From the NCBI GenBank assembly GCA_964016885.1, contig OZ024756.1:19096001-19160000 (forward strand): DNA of 64,000 nucleotides, in the 5' to 3' direction. Made by a program: the position numbers and the translations under genes. This DNA comes from Eledone cirrhosa (lineage: Eukaryota). The notes beneath the pieces were generated by a model. That model was not told the DNA's origin. It searched no databases and saw only the letters and a list, made by a program, of their open reading frames with translations. Below are positions 50,719 to 64,000 of this stretch, in pieces. Positions within the stretch are counted from its first letter, which is position 1. Each line of letters opens with the position of its first letter.

Positions 50719-51934
50719 CCCATCCTCACACCTCCGCTTCCTTATTCCCTGCTGTAAATCTCATGCCGCCTTCATAGGGGAGGGAGGCAAAGAACCCATC
50801 CTCACACCTCCACTTCCTTATTCCCTGCTGTAAATCTCATGCCGCCTTCATAGGGGAGGGAGGCAAAGAACCCATCCTCACACCTCCACTTCCTTATTCC
50901 CTGCTGTAAATCTCATGCCACCTTCATGGGGGAGGGAGGCAAAGAACCCATCCTCACACCTCCGCTTCCTTATTCCCTGCTGTAAATCTCATGCCACCTT
51001 CATGGGGGAGGGAGGCAAAGAACCCATCCTCACACCTCCACTTCCTTATTCCCTGCTGTAAATCTCATGCCGCCTTCATGGGGGAGGGAGCCAAAGAACC
51101 CATCCTCACACCTCCACTTCCTTATTCCCTGCTGTAAATCTCATGCCACCTTCATGGGGGAGGGAGGCAAAGAACCCATCTTCACACCTCCACTTCCTTA
51201 TTCCCTGCTGTAAATCTCATGCCACCTTCATGGGGGAGGGAGGCAAAGAACCCATCCTCACACCTCCGCTTCCTTATTCCCTGCTGTAAATCTCATGCCG
51301 CCTTCATGGGGGAGGGAGCCAAAGAACCCATCCTCACACCTCCACTTCCTTATTCCCTGCTGTAAATCTCATGCCACCTTCATGGGGGAGGGAGCCAAAG
51401 AACCCATCCTCACACCTCCACTTCCTTATTCCCTGCTGTAAATCTCATGCCACCTTCATGGGGGAGGGAGGCAAAGAACCCATCTTCACACCTCCACTTC
51501 CTTATTCCCTGCTGTAAATCTCATGCCACCTTCATGGGGGAGGGAGGCAAAGAACCCATCCTCACACCTCCACTTCCTTATTCCCTGCTGTAAATCTCAT
51601 GCCGCCTTCATGGGGGAGGGAGCCAAAGAACCCATCCTCACACCTCCACTTCCTTATTCCCTGCTGTAAATCTCATGCCGCCTTCATGGGGGAGGGAGCC
51701 AAAGAACCCATCCTCACACCTCCACTTCCTTATTCCCTGCTGTAAATCTCATGCCGCCTTCATGGGGGAGGGAGGCAAAGAACCCATCCTCACACTTCCA
51801 CTTCCTTATTCCCTGCTGTAAATCTCATGCCGCCTTCATGGGGGAGGGAGCCAAAGAACCCATCCTCACACCTCCACTTCCTTATTCCCTGCTGTAAATC
51901 TCATGCCACCTTCATGGGGGAGGGAGGCAAAGAA
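50719..51934. repeat. 76-bp minisatellite, 16 copies
   Basis: Unit CCCATCCTCACACCTCCACTTCCTTATTCCCTGCTGTAAATCTCATGCCACCTTCATGGGGGAGGGAGGCAAAGAA; 1216 bp = 16 x 76. Confidence 0.97.
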
Positions 51935-52205
51935 AGGTTATGAAAGGAAAATAGTGAGATGAAATGAAGACAGCCACACAATGGTCATGTCCTTTAGGGA
52001 GGAAGTGTTGTGGAACAATTCCATGGTATTACAGGTAAGTGCTCGACCAAGTAAGGAGCTATGTATCCAGGGAGTGTAACTTGGAGTTACTGTAGGTTCA
52101 CCCGGGTGAGCCCTCGATGTTTAGGTTCACTTCAGTGTCGAGGTGTAGAGCTAGACAGAGTGTATTATAGTGAAATAAGATAACAAGGACGATTGGTTAC
52201 TCCTT

Positions 52206-52307
52206 CATTACATTTATTGGTTGGTGACGCGCGTTTCGCCACTGACCAGCTGAAGGTTCGACCAGACCTGACTCTGTAATCCGCGGCTCGTCAGACCCCT
52301 TGTAATG
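52206..52307 (-). ncRNA. Minimal type I hammerhead ribozyme motif, second family
   Basis: Minus strand reads CATTACA..GGT CTGACGA GCCGC..(long stem II)..GTGGC GAAA CGCGCG TC ACC..TGTAATG, with the classic GAAAC-GCGC-GTC palindromic stem III. Confidence 0.85.
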
Positions 52308-52342
52308 TTAATAGAAAAGTGAATACATGCTGTATGATAAAG

Positions 52343-52381
<39 letters not shown>

Positions 52382-53009
52382 TACATATATAAATATATAT
52401 ATATATAAAGGATATAAAGCAACAACCTCAGCAAGTAAACAGCCTAAAACAAACAAATCAGAATGAAGAATTAAATAAACAACAACAACAATGGCAACAA
52501 CAACAACAACAACAACGGCAACAACAACAACAACAACAACAACGATACTTAGATTAATGATGATAATTAGAATAAAAGGACAACAATATCAGCAGAAACA
52601 ATTAAAGTGAAAATTGAAAAAAAAAAAAAAAAATTAATATAAAATAAAATAAAATAAAATAAATCGATAATGAATAAAGAAGAAAGCCTGAAATTAGAAC
52701 CTTTTTCTTATTAAGGGTCCTGGTTCTCTACTACATCATTTAGCATGTTTGATAGACAATGGTGAGGAGGAGGAGGAGGAGAGGGAGGAGGTGGTGGGAG
52801 GCAGAGGAGGGGGAAGAAGACGAACAACAACAACAACTCCCAATTAAAGAGATGGAACAGAAGAGAGCAATGGTATGGAGGGGGGTATAACAGTAAACAT
52901 ACATAATATGCCGACGGACATACACATACATACGCACACACAAATACATACACACACACACAAACGCGCACGCGTGTGTGTTTGTGTGTGTGTGTGTGTA
53001 AGCCTTATG

Positions 53010-53421
53010 CATTTCTACAGTATTTTTACCAAACTTAAGACATAGGTTACTTATGTACTCCGAATGGTCATGGGCACTTTCATTTTTCCAGATATTGATT
53101 ATAGGGCCTCCCGGTAGATAACCCCCTTTGACCATTTCCTTGGAGTCGACTGAAGCACTGCAGTGCAATGCAACAAAACGTCACAACTTCTGGAGTTTGC
53201 AACCGATTTTCACAAAACTTGACACATGGGCTGCGTTTGTTCTACAGATGAATGTGAATTGGCACACATTGAGTAGGGGACCCCTGGGGGCAGGAACCCC
53301 CTTTGGGAAAAAGCCGATGATTTTGTAAAAGTATAGTTTTCGAAGCAGCACTGAAGTATTGACATAAATGGTATACATCACTGCTATTTAATACCCGAGC
53401 AACGCCGGGTACCTCTGCTAG
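53010..53421 (+). mobile_element. Non-autonomous Helitron (3' end)
   Basis: Subterminal hairpin TACCCGAGCAACGCCGGGTA followed by CTAG|T at 53418-53422. The 5' boundary is uncertain. Confidence 0.75.
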
Positions 53422-53740
53422 TATATATATATATATATATAAATACAAACATCAACAATAGCAGTAACAATAACAGTAACAAAAACGGTAACAACAACCA
53501 GTAACAATAACAGTAACAACAATGACATCAGTAACAAAAACAACAATAACAGTAACAAAAAAACGGTAACAACATTAACAATAACAACAATAACATCAAC
53601 AACAACATCCCTAACAACATTAGTAACAACAACAGTAACAACAACAATAACATCAATAACAACAGGATTAAAATTAAAATTAAAAAAATAAATAAATAAA
53701 AAGGGAAAAAAACACAGGGAAAGAAAAAGAAAAGAACTAT

Positions 53741-53865
53741 GAAGGCGTGTGGCTGAGTGGTTAGAGAATTGGATTCACAATCGTGAGGTTGGGAGTTCGA
53801 TTCCTGGACCGAGCGATGCGTTATGTCCTTGAGCAAGACACTTTATTCCACGTTGCTCCTTCTAC
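53741..53865 (+). mobile_element. tRNA-derived SINE family B
   Basis: A box TGGCTGAGTGG, B box GAGTTCGATTCC, then GTCCTTGAGCAAGACACTTTATT. Related copies at ~60565-60895 (+) and 38950-39060, 39200-39445, 49280-49370 (-). Confidence 0.8.
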
Positions 53866-54139
53866 CTGGAGTTGCGACCGATAGATAGTATTAGCAACTG
53901 GAAAGACCAATGGAAACATTGTTTCCTCGGTCCGATTTGACGAAAGTCGATCGTTCCTTTTTTTTATATAAATTTCTACGATTCTGTCACAACATGAAAA
54001 GAGAGAGAGTAGTAGTTTGACTACCTCATACTACTCCTCTCTCTTTACATCTGTTGCCTGTGTGAATGTATGTGTGTGTAAATGGAAGGAAGGGGGTGGT
54101 GAAAAAACTATAGCAAAATAGCAGCTGGCATTCCATTTA

Positions 54140-55410
54140 TGCTGTGTATGTGTGCGTGAATGTATCTGTGTGTTTGTGTGAATGCATGTGTGTGTTGGTG
54201 TGAATGCATGTGTGTATTTTTATGAATGTATGTGTGTTTGTGTGAATGTATGTGTGTGTTTGTGTGAATGCATGTGTATTTGTGTAAATCAATGTGTGTG
54301 TGTTTGTGTGAAAGTATGTGTGTGTGTTTGTGTGAAAGTATGTGTGTGTGTTTGTGTGAAAGTATGTGTGTGTTTGTGTGAATGAATGTGTGTCTGAGTG
54401 TATTTTTGTAAGTGTGCCTGTGTGCACGTTTATATTTACATACTCATACATATAAACGTATGCATATGCTCATACACACATGTACACATACTTACATACT
54501 CATACATATAAACGTATGCATATGCACACACATATACACATACTTACATACTCATACATATAAACGTATGCATATGCACACACATATACACATACTTACA
54601 TACTCATACATATAAACGTATGCATACACACATGCACACACATGTACACATACTTACATACTCATACATATAAACGTATGCATATGCACATACACACATG
54701 CGCCACACATATACACATACTTACATACTCATACATATAAATGTATGCATATGCACAGACACACATGCACACACATATACACATATTTACATACTCATAC
54801 ATATAAACGTATGCATATGCACATACACACATGCACACACATATACACATACATATAAACGTATGCATATGCACAGACACACATGCACACACATACACAT
54901 ACTTACATACTCATACATATAAACGTATGCATATGCAGATACACATATACACATACTTACATACTCATACATATAAATGTATGCATATGCTCATACACAC
55001 ATGCACACACATGTACACATACTTACATACTCATACATATAAACGTATGCATATGCACATACACACATGCACACATACTTACATACTCATACATATAAAC
55101 GTATGCATATGCTCATACACACATGCACACACATGTACACATACTTACATACTCATACATATAAACGAATGCATATGCAGACACACATGCACACACATAT
55201 ACACATACATACTCATACATATAAACGTATGCAAATGCACAGACACACATGCACACACATATACACACTTACATACTCATACATATAAACGTATGCATAT
55301 GCACATACGCACATAAGCGTCAGCTTGTTGAAAAAATCCTAATATATACAAACATACGTATACATACAAACACACACCACACACACATATACATATATAC
55401 ACATATGCGT
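54140..55410. repeat. (GT)n then CA-rich minisatellite
   Basis: Recurring CATACTTACATACTCATACATATAAACGTATGCATATGC units. Confidence 0.9.
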
Positions 55411-56459
55411 CGGTGTGTTGAAAAAAATCCTAGTTGTAGCAGTTTCTAGAATTGTGTATAGCATCAGGAAATGAAGTTAAGCAGAGAAAAGGGTGGAGGA
55501 AGACAAAGAGTGTAAAAATTGTGGAACATATAGGAAAGGAACTAAACAATACTAGTTGTGTTGTGTTGTGTTGTGTTGTGTTGGTTGGTGGAGATGATGT
55601 GTAGTGGGGATGTGTGTTAGGTGGGTAGGGTATGTGTGAGTGGATGTGTGGATGGGTGTTAGTGTGTGTGTGTGTGTTGGGTGGGGTGGGCGGGTGAGTG
55701 GATGTGTCGGGTAGGGCTGGTGGATGGATGTGCAGATGTGTGTGTGTGAGAAAATGGGTGTTTGTGTGTGGATGTGTTGGGTGTATGTTGTGTTTGTATG
55801 TTGGGTGGGTGGGTGGTGTATAGGGTAGGGATGAGAGGCTGTTAAGGGAGGTGAGGAAATGTGTATGTATGTATGTGAGAACTGTTATAAACACATGATT
55901 ATATATATATATATATATATAGTTATATTTGGGGAGGGTCAGGTTGTTATAATATTATAACATGACCCTCCCCCTATATAACAATATTTGTTTCAACACA
56001 AGATTTCATATCAAAAACCTTGCAAAATAAATTCATATATAAATACATATATATACATATATATATATGTGAACAAAGAGGGTGTGGTAAGATACCAGGT
56101 GGACCATAACACACCAGAGTACTCAATACTTTGGGTAGTAGAGTGGGTAATATGAAAAGATTCAGGACCCCGATGGCTGAGCTCCGGTCGTTTTGTCAGC
56201 TAGATCCAAACGCTTTCGGATCTAGCTGTAGAAATGGCCGGAGCTCAGCCATTGGGGTCCTGAATATTTTCATATACATATAGTTATGTAATAAACAATT
56301 TTCATAAGGCAATTATTCCATTTACCAGTGGTTTCTTAAAAGCAAAAAATTTTGCTTTCAATCATCAGAATGAAAAAAATCATGGTGTATTTATTGATAT
56401 TGGATTCTAAAATTTTCATAAGGCAATTATACATATATATAGAAAGAGAGAGAGAGAGA

Positions 56460-56990
56460 GATCATCATCGTTTAATACCTATTTTCCACACTTGCATGGG
56501 TTAGACAGAAAGCCATGTTATGAGACAATTCAGGTTAGGTGACCCATGTCTTGCTCATATGGATCTGTATTTTGGCTTGGTTTATATGGCTGGATGGTCT
56601 TCCTAATGCTAACCATGTTAGTTACAGGGTGGATTGGGTGCCTTTTGTGTTGCCAACACAACCACATTACAGGATGGACAGGGTGCTTTTTGTTTCAACA
56701 ACACGAACACCTTACAGGGTGGGCTGGGTGTTTTTTCGTTGTCAACAGCATAACCACCTTACAAGGTGGACTGCGTGCTTTTTTGTCGTGTTACTAACAG
56801 GGTGGACCAGGTGCTTTTTCGTTGTGTCACCATTATCACGACCTTACATGGTGCACTGGGTGCTTTTTCATGTCACCTACACAACCACCTTACAGGGCGG
56901 ACTGGGTGCCTTTTCATGTCGCAACACGACCATCTTACAGGAATGATGTACTGGGTGCTTTGTTGATGTAATCATAAATCTGCTCCTCCA
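56460..56990 (-). mobile_element. RTE 3'-UTR-derived short copy with internal ~41-bp tandem units
   Basis: Shares the GTTAGGAAGGGCATCCAGCC and CCCATGC.AG..TGGAAAA..(ATG)n blocks with 4620-4776. Other copies at ~1085-1420, 2590-2760, 36640-36905, 37810-38070, 48100-48320, 49375-49560 and 59400-59525. Confidence 0.75.
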
Positions 56991-57289
56991 GGGTTGACCT
57001 TGGACTATAACCAATAACAGTATCTCACTTCTATCTCTTTAACCTGTTGACTGCCACATATATTTTACACAGCTACAGTTGCTGTGCCAGGTTTTTCTCA
57101 GTAAAATTACTATTTTGACAAATGTCACATCAATAAACTAATAAGCCCATCTAGCTTTGAAGTTATGAACTGTTGCAAAAGAGTTAAGACATGTTAGGAT
57201 GATTTATCTCATCCTTGGCACTGAAGAAGTTAACCATAACCACTACATTTTCTGATCCTTGGAAATTGTTGATCATATACTAACCCAGA

Positions 57290-57870
57290 CGCAGCAAATT
57301 GGTACAGTCATTGGAACAGCAGATAAAATGCTTTGCAGTATTTGTACCACCTCTCTGAGATCTGAGTTCAAATCCTGCTGAGGTCAAATTTGCCTTTCGT
57401 ACTTTTGAGGTTGATAAATAAAAAGTACCAATCCAATACTCTGGTCGATTCTTCCTCTATGCCTCATCACCACTTTCTCTTCTCTGGAAGAAACTAAGCT
57501 GTGTTCAGACCTGGAGAGGAGATGGGCTCCACCAGGTTATGAAATGCCCAAGACACACTATATGTCACCATGATGCTTATAACCCCATCCGGTGTTATGG
57601 GTCCATACATAGAAGTTTAAAAAGAAAATAAGTGTCTGAGGGTGTTGTAGGGATGCCAAATTGTCACAGTGTTTCTAGGGTATTTTATAAAAAAAACTTG
57701 CCGAGCCCATCTCCTCTCCAGGTTTGAATACAGCAGATTTCTTGCAGAGAGAGATAGAGACAGATGAAATGAGAAAGAGATATAGAGGAAGAATCGACCC
57801 CAATACTTCACAGGAACTTTATGATCTTGAAAGGGTGAAAGGCAAAGTTGACCTCGGCAGGATATGAAAC
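57290..57870. mobile_element. Tail-to-tail pair of long-tailed SINE family A variants
   Basis: A plus copy and a minus copy share the CTGTGTTCAGACCTGGAGAGGAGATGGGCTC tail, also seen at ~6390-6510 and 45250-45600. Confidence 0.7.
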
Positions 57871-58842
57871 TTCAGTGTCTTCCTATCTTTCCTTACATGG
57901 CATCCACAGCCAATATATTTTGCTGAATTCTACTTCTCCATAACTGCTTTACTCTAGAATTAACCCCCACCCCACTGATGATTTATTTCTATGTTGTTGT
58001 TGTTGTTGTTGTTAAAAACCCACATTACAAACTGAATATTTACATAATTAGTTATCCTATTTTTCACTCTAATATAGGACCTAGAAAAGGACTCATATAA
58101 GAACAAGCTTCGAGGCCAGGGAACTATAATTATTTAATGCCTTTCATCCTTACGGGGTCAATAAAATAAATTTACCAGTAATACACTGGGTAATTGCTGG
58201 TCTTGTGCCAAAAGTAGAAACAATTATTTAATGCTGATATTGTTCTAAGTGAGATGTTACAAATTGAATAATACTCATATAAAAACAGCCTTTGTGGCCA
58301 GGGAACTAGCATTATTTAATGCTAATATTGTTGCTCTAAGTGAGATCATCACAATCATCATTATCATCATCGTTTTTATGTCCATTTTTCAACATTTGCA
58401 GGGTTCAATTCCATTGTGTAGAAACTTCGATGTGTCTTCTACTTTACTTTTGCTCTGACCAATTCCTCGTGAGTGGAATTTGGTAAACAGAAACTGCAGA
58501 AGCTTGTCATGTATCATCATTTTTACGTCTGTTTTTCCATGTTTGCATAGGTTGGACGAGTTATTTTCAGCACAGCATCTCTCAACTTGCCGCATTTCTT
58601 CATCATTTCCTCTGTGAGTCTCAGCTCTCACTATCTCTGCCCAGGTCTTTCTCGGTCTACCTCTATTGCAGCTTTCTTCCATTGGCACTACTTCACCCAT
58701 CGATCATCCATGCACATCACATGTTCTGCCCACCACTGCAAATTCCTCTTTAAACCCAGTTTTTTAATAAAGGGCTGAGTCTACAAACCAATTATTGACC
58801 TATTTTTCAGGGAAGGTATGGCAGAGCAGATTCCACAGGGGT

Positions 58843-59062
58843 CGTAGGACGGCCAGCGTGTGGGACCCCATTTGCTAATAATAGTGCGAGATGGGCAAGG
58901 CGAGAGAGATCAAGGCGATGACAATGGGAGTTCGGCTCCTCTGTATTCAGACCTGGTGTATCTCTGTGTGTATGTTTGCTTCTGTGTGTTTACTGTAAGA
59001 GTTAAACTAGGTATTAGAATATTTCTAAATTTCTACTTTGGTAGCTACCGTTCGTTCTTACA
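58843..59062. mobile_element. Possible solo LTR
   Basis: Ends CGTAGGACG...CGTTCTTACA are imperfectly inverted; 5-bp flanks GGGGT/GGAGT. Confidence 0.35.
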
Positions 59063-59873
59063 GGAGTTAATGAATGCCTCTTCGGGTCTTTCTTCTTCCC
59101 CCTTACCTATGTCGTCAGTGCTTACACTCCCATCCTCAGGTGTAATGATGAAGATAAACTAGAGTTTTATGAGAACCATGATATTACAGTCATCCTGACT
59201 TGGAGATTTAACCCTTTCAACACCAAACTCCCTGAAATTGCCCCAGAATATATGAACATAACTGTTTGTATTAAAGTGTTTATATTTATCTAAAAACTTC
59301 CCATCATAATTTTATGTAAGAACCCTTGTTAAGTTATGTTCCAAACACCAGAAACTGTCCCAGATTCTATGATACAAAACTGTTTGTTTTAAACTGTTTA
59401 TCATCATCATCATCATCATAATCATCTTCCACGCTAGCATGGGTTAGACGGTTTTGTTCCACTTGATGCTGGATTGGTCGAGAGGCCATGTCTCGCTCAT
59501 ACAGAACTGTCTCTGGCAGGTTTTCTAAAAACTTTCCATCATAATTTTATGTAAGAACCTTTGTTAAGTTATGTTCCAAATAACAGATTAATAATGAAAA
59601 AGTTACTAAACACCAGCTTAACCCTTTAGCATTTAAACCGGCCATATCTGGCCAGAATTCGCTCACCTCTTTCTGTTCAAACCGGCTGTAACTGGCTGCT
59701 CATACTGATGTTAAAATATTGTTCTCAACATAAATGATATCAAAATCTCATAGATTCGATATTATGTGAGATAATTATGAGAGCTAAAGCCTTTACCATA
59801 AAAATATAATAGTATGTATAGAGTAATGTAAATGTTAAAGGGTTAATAATAAGAAAGTTACTAAACACTAGCT

Positions 59874-60145
59874 TAACCCTTTTGATACCTAACTCCCTGA
59901 AACTGTCTCTGGTTCTATGATACAAAACTGTTTGTTTTAAACTGTTTATATTTATCTAAAAACAAAAAAACTTTCCATCATAATTTTATGTAAGAACCTT
60001 TGTTAAGTTATGTTCCAAACACCAGATTAATATTGAGAAATTTAGTTATATTTGCTAAATCTCTCCAAATTTTTGATTATTTTGAAAATGATTTGAAAAT
60101 TATAGGCAGTATTTTTCATTAGAATTATGGTAATGAAAGGATTAA
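59874..60145 (+). mobile_element. Second piggyBac-type MITE family
   Basis: TTAACCCTTTTGATAC...ATGAAAGGATTAA. Related copies at ~2345-2580 (-), ~36930-37270 and 59208-59600. Confidence 0.65.
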
Positions 60146-60939
60146 AGACCAAATTAATGACTGATAATTGGTGTTGGGGTCTTGTGGTTTTGGAGAAACA
60201 AATAAGATAAGATTCTCTTTTCTTTGGGGGATCATTTTTGATAAGCTTCTTTGCTTCACCCAGATTTACCAAAATCATCTCGTGGTTTTCATAAATGCAT
60301 GACTACATCAGTGCTAACTCGTGGCAAACCATCTGCCCTTTCTGACATCATTAATGTAGTAAAACAAAGTTGCATTCTTACTTTTCAGTACTGTTCTTCA
60401 ACCAAGTCCTAAGCCATGTCTGTTAACACTTTGCCCACGGTCCATACCTTAATTACTGAAGAGATGAGTCTTCTTTCAAACTGCGATGACTAAATGCCAG
60501 GAGCAAGACAGCTGAGCTATTTATCTTCAAAGCTTTCATTATAGATGACTATACTCCTACAAATTATGTGGTCAGGGTGCTGGGCTCACCATCATAGGGT
60601 CATAAGTTCAATTCCTTGATTGGGCAGTGGACTGTGTCCTTGGGTAAGACACTTTTCTTTTCATGTTGTTCCAGTTCACTCAGCTGGCAAAAATGTGTTG
60701 TACCTTTAATTCAGGGGGTCAGTTGTCAGTCTTGTCCTACATTGTGTCATGCTGAATCTCCCTGAGAGCTATACTAAGGGTGCACATATCTGTGGAATGC
60801 TCTGCTATTTGCATGTTTATTTAACAAGCAGGTTGTTCTGTAGCTTGAATCAATTGGAACCCTCATTGTCAGAAGCAACGGAGATCCAACATCACTCTTA
60901 GATTACATAGGAACTGGCATACAGCTTTATGTGATCATA

Positions 60940-61240
60940 TCTGTAGACAGTCTGCAAAAGAATTACCCAGCATATGAGCCACTTTGAAGATCTGCTGACC
61001 ACAGTGAAGAGGAGGAAGCTGAGGTGGTATGGGCATGTAACAAGATAGGACAGACCCTCCAAGACAATTCTCCAGAGAACAGTGCATGAAAAGAGAAGGC
61101 AGGGCAGACAGTGGCAGCGGTGGAGAGACAACATAGCTGAGTGGACAGGAAAGAACTTTGCCACAACCCAAGTACTTACCCATGACTGCCATAGATGGAA
61201 GCAGTTAGTGCAGTGGCTGACACAAAGGCCAAAATAAGGG
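60940..61240 (+). mobile_element. RTE-clade LINE 3' fragment
   Basis: DLLTTVKRRKLRWYGHVTR*DRPSKTILQ...WRDNIAEWTG. Confidence 0.8.
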
Positions 61241-61241
61241 T

Positions 61242-61288
<47 letters not shown>

Positions 61289-61648
61289 AAAGAGCTAATA
61301 TATATTATTAGTACATATTAAAAGTTTAACTCTTTAGCATTCACATTATTCTATATATACTATTATATTTTCATGGTAAAGGCTTTACCTCACATAAATA
61401 TCTCACATAATATCGAATCTATGAGATTTTGAAAGTATTTATTTTGAGAACAATACCTTAACATCAGTTTGAGCGACCAGTTACAGCCAGTTTCAACAGA
61501 GGGAGGTAGAGAATTCTGGCCGGTTTGAACATTAAAGGGTTAAAGAAATAATTTCTGCTGTTACCTTAAGTGGGATCATCTGAAAGTCTCAGATGATCCC
61601 ACTTAAGGTAACAGCAGAAATTTTTTCTTTAAACTTTTAATCTGTACT

Positions 61649-61692
<44 letters not shown>

Positions 61693-64000
61693 ATGATGGG
61701 TGAGTTGCATGATGTAGAGTGCTTTTTCTACTATATCATGATTAATGAAACAGAATGACCAGCTCTATCTATTGGTGAGCCACAGAACATAAATGAATAT
61801 ATATTTATTATATATATATAACAAAGAGGGTGCGGTAAGATACCAGGTGGACCATAACGCACCAGAGTACTCAATACTTGGGGTAGTAGAGTAAGTAATA
61901 TGAAAAGATTCAGGACCCCGATGGCTGAGCTCCGGCCGTTTCGTCAGCCATTGGGGTCTTGAATCTTTTCATGTGTGTGTGATTTTTCTGTTATATATTA
62001 TATATGTGCATGTGTATATATATTTGTATATATATTTATATATAAATATATAAATATATGTGCGTGTAAGTATATATATATATCTATATATATATATACA
62101 CATACCTATATATATACATATGTGTGAGTATGAATGATTTTTCTGTTATATGTGCATGTGTGTATATACATATATATGTGTGTGTATGTGTGAGTATGTA
62201 CCAAAACAGGACAAAGTCGTAAGATAATGAATCTCCTTGTTCTTTCAAAGCATTTCAATGTGAAATTTATTTATGAACAACATAAAAAAGAAATATATAT
62301 ATATATATATATAAAAAAAAATTACAATCTGATGTTGATGTGTCTGGTTTAAATTGCACAAAAGTTTAAATCATTGAATGGAAAATTTTCCCAAGAACAG
62401 AGAGCTTAATAAAAAAATAAATAACCTAAAATATAATATCGGGTATATGTATGTGCGATCGTACATGTAGATGTGTAATGTGTATGTATGGATTAGTATT
62501 AATAGGAAAATACAAAATACATAAGTGTTTATAAAAAACAAACCTTAGACATAGTATATGTATTTTTTAAGTTATTCCCTTGCAAACAATACAGAGTTGT
62601 TTTTCATACTAGTTAGTCATGGAAGGATGGGTAGTGCCCCTGATCCATGTTTTTTTTTTTCTTTCTGAGGTGTGGGGTTTCAGGGCCTCCAGGACTGTTG
62701 GGGGATAGGAGGTTTATCTCCAAACCAAAACCTTGGCTTGAATGCTTGCAACAGAGTCAAATCTGCTAAAAGTCACACAAGAACCATATGGTGGAGTTAA
62801 ACTGGAAATAGATTAACCCTTTAGCATTTACATAACTCTATATTTACTATTATATTTTCACGCTAAAGTCTTTCTTTATCTCACATAATATCGAATCTAT
62901 GAGATTTTGATATTATTTATTTTGAGAGGAATACCTTAACATCACTATAAGTGGCCAGTTACAGCCAGTTTGAACAGAAAGAGGTGAGAGAATTCTGGTC
63001 AGATGTGGCCAGTTTAAATGCTAAAGGGTTAAGTCTATCACCAAAAAATTCAGAATGCAACAGAGCCAGAACAAATAAATCAAAATATTTTGTCAGACAC
63101 TCTTAACAATTCTGCATATCCAAGGCTCGAGACTGGTGCTTTAGTTTATCAACCCTGAAAGGATGAAAAGCAAAGTTAACCTCCGTGAGATTGGAATATG
63201 AAGTGCAGACAGGCAGAGGAAATAACACAAAGCATTTTATTTTATGCTTTAATAATTCTATCAATTTACACACACACACACACATATATATATACACAAA
63301 TATATATATATAAACATATATATATATATAAATATATGCACACACAAACACATATATATACTTGTATATATCCAAAATTAAATTAAGGGTGTCATGTCCG
63401 AGAGACATGCGCCATATCCACTGTGATTGTTTTATATGTTTATTTTAGATATATATGTCAATCAATTTCTAGTTGATATACTTGTATATATATGTCTAAC
63501 ACATTGATATATATACACACACACACACACACACAGATACACCATTAAAACAATAATTGCTGTGTCATTTAAAATGCTAAATCTTAATGGGAATAATTCC
63601 AGAACAAAGTAGGATCAGAACATTTTCTTTAAAAACTAATTCTTAATTATTTGACATATAGTTGTACTATTGTTACTGCTGCTGTTATTGTTGCTAATGT
63701 CGTCCCTGTGATAATATATAGTATAATATATATATATATACACACACACATATACACGTGTGTGTGTGTCTATATATGTGTGTGTGTACACACAAATACA
63801 CGTGTGTATGTGTGTGTGTTATGGAGATAAAAAGTGGTAAAGGGTGACCCTCCATTGCACCGTTAGAAGAGTAGCTTCTATTGTTGAAATAGTTCCGTGG
63901 TAATTGTTGGACTGAAGAGATGTATCAGTGGTAGAGATAGAGTGAGGGTGAAAGAGGGGAGAGAGGGAGAAAGAGGGTGAGTGAGAAAGAGAGAGAGATG

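Noticed and set aside
52711-53448. Protein-coding ORFs
   Set aside because: They overlap simple repeats and the Helitron-like element, with no recognisable domain.
53741-53815. tRNA gene
   Set aside because: The A/B boxes continue into a SINE body found in several copies, and no clean cloverleaf is evident.

Overview
Eukaryotic (animal) genomic DNA. The repeat landscape suggests a cephalopod/octopus genome, which is an inference. Two spliced genes lie head-to-head. A SIRT5 sirtuin is on the minus strand (5 coding exons, running off the left edge). A complete 8-exon, 481-aa glycoside hydrolase family 1 beta-glucosidase (GBA3/cytosolic type) is on the plus strand at 13145-40602. Its first coding intron holds a ~16.6 kb array of ~300 55-bp units, most of which carry a perfect palindromic estrogen-response-element consensus (GGTCAgggTGACC). 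The rest of the window is transposon-derived: tRNA-derived SINEs, RTE and CR1/L2 LINE fragments, piggyBac/hAT/mariner/pogo MITEs and a Helitron 3' end. It also contains (TA)n-embedded Penelope-like fragments, four of which carry minimal type I hammerhead ribozyme folds. Most ORF-track entries are repeat artefacts. Exon coordinates were read by hand; repeat boundaries are approximate.
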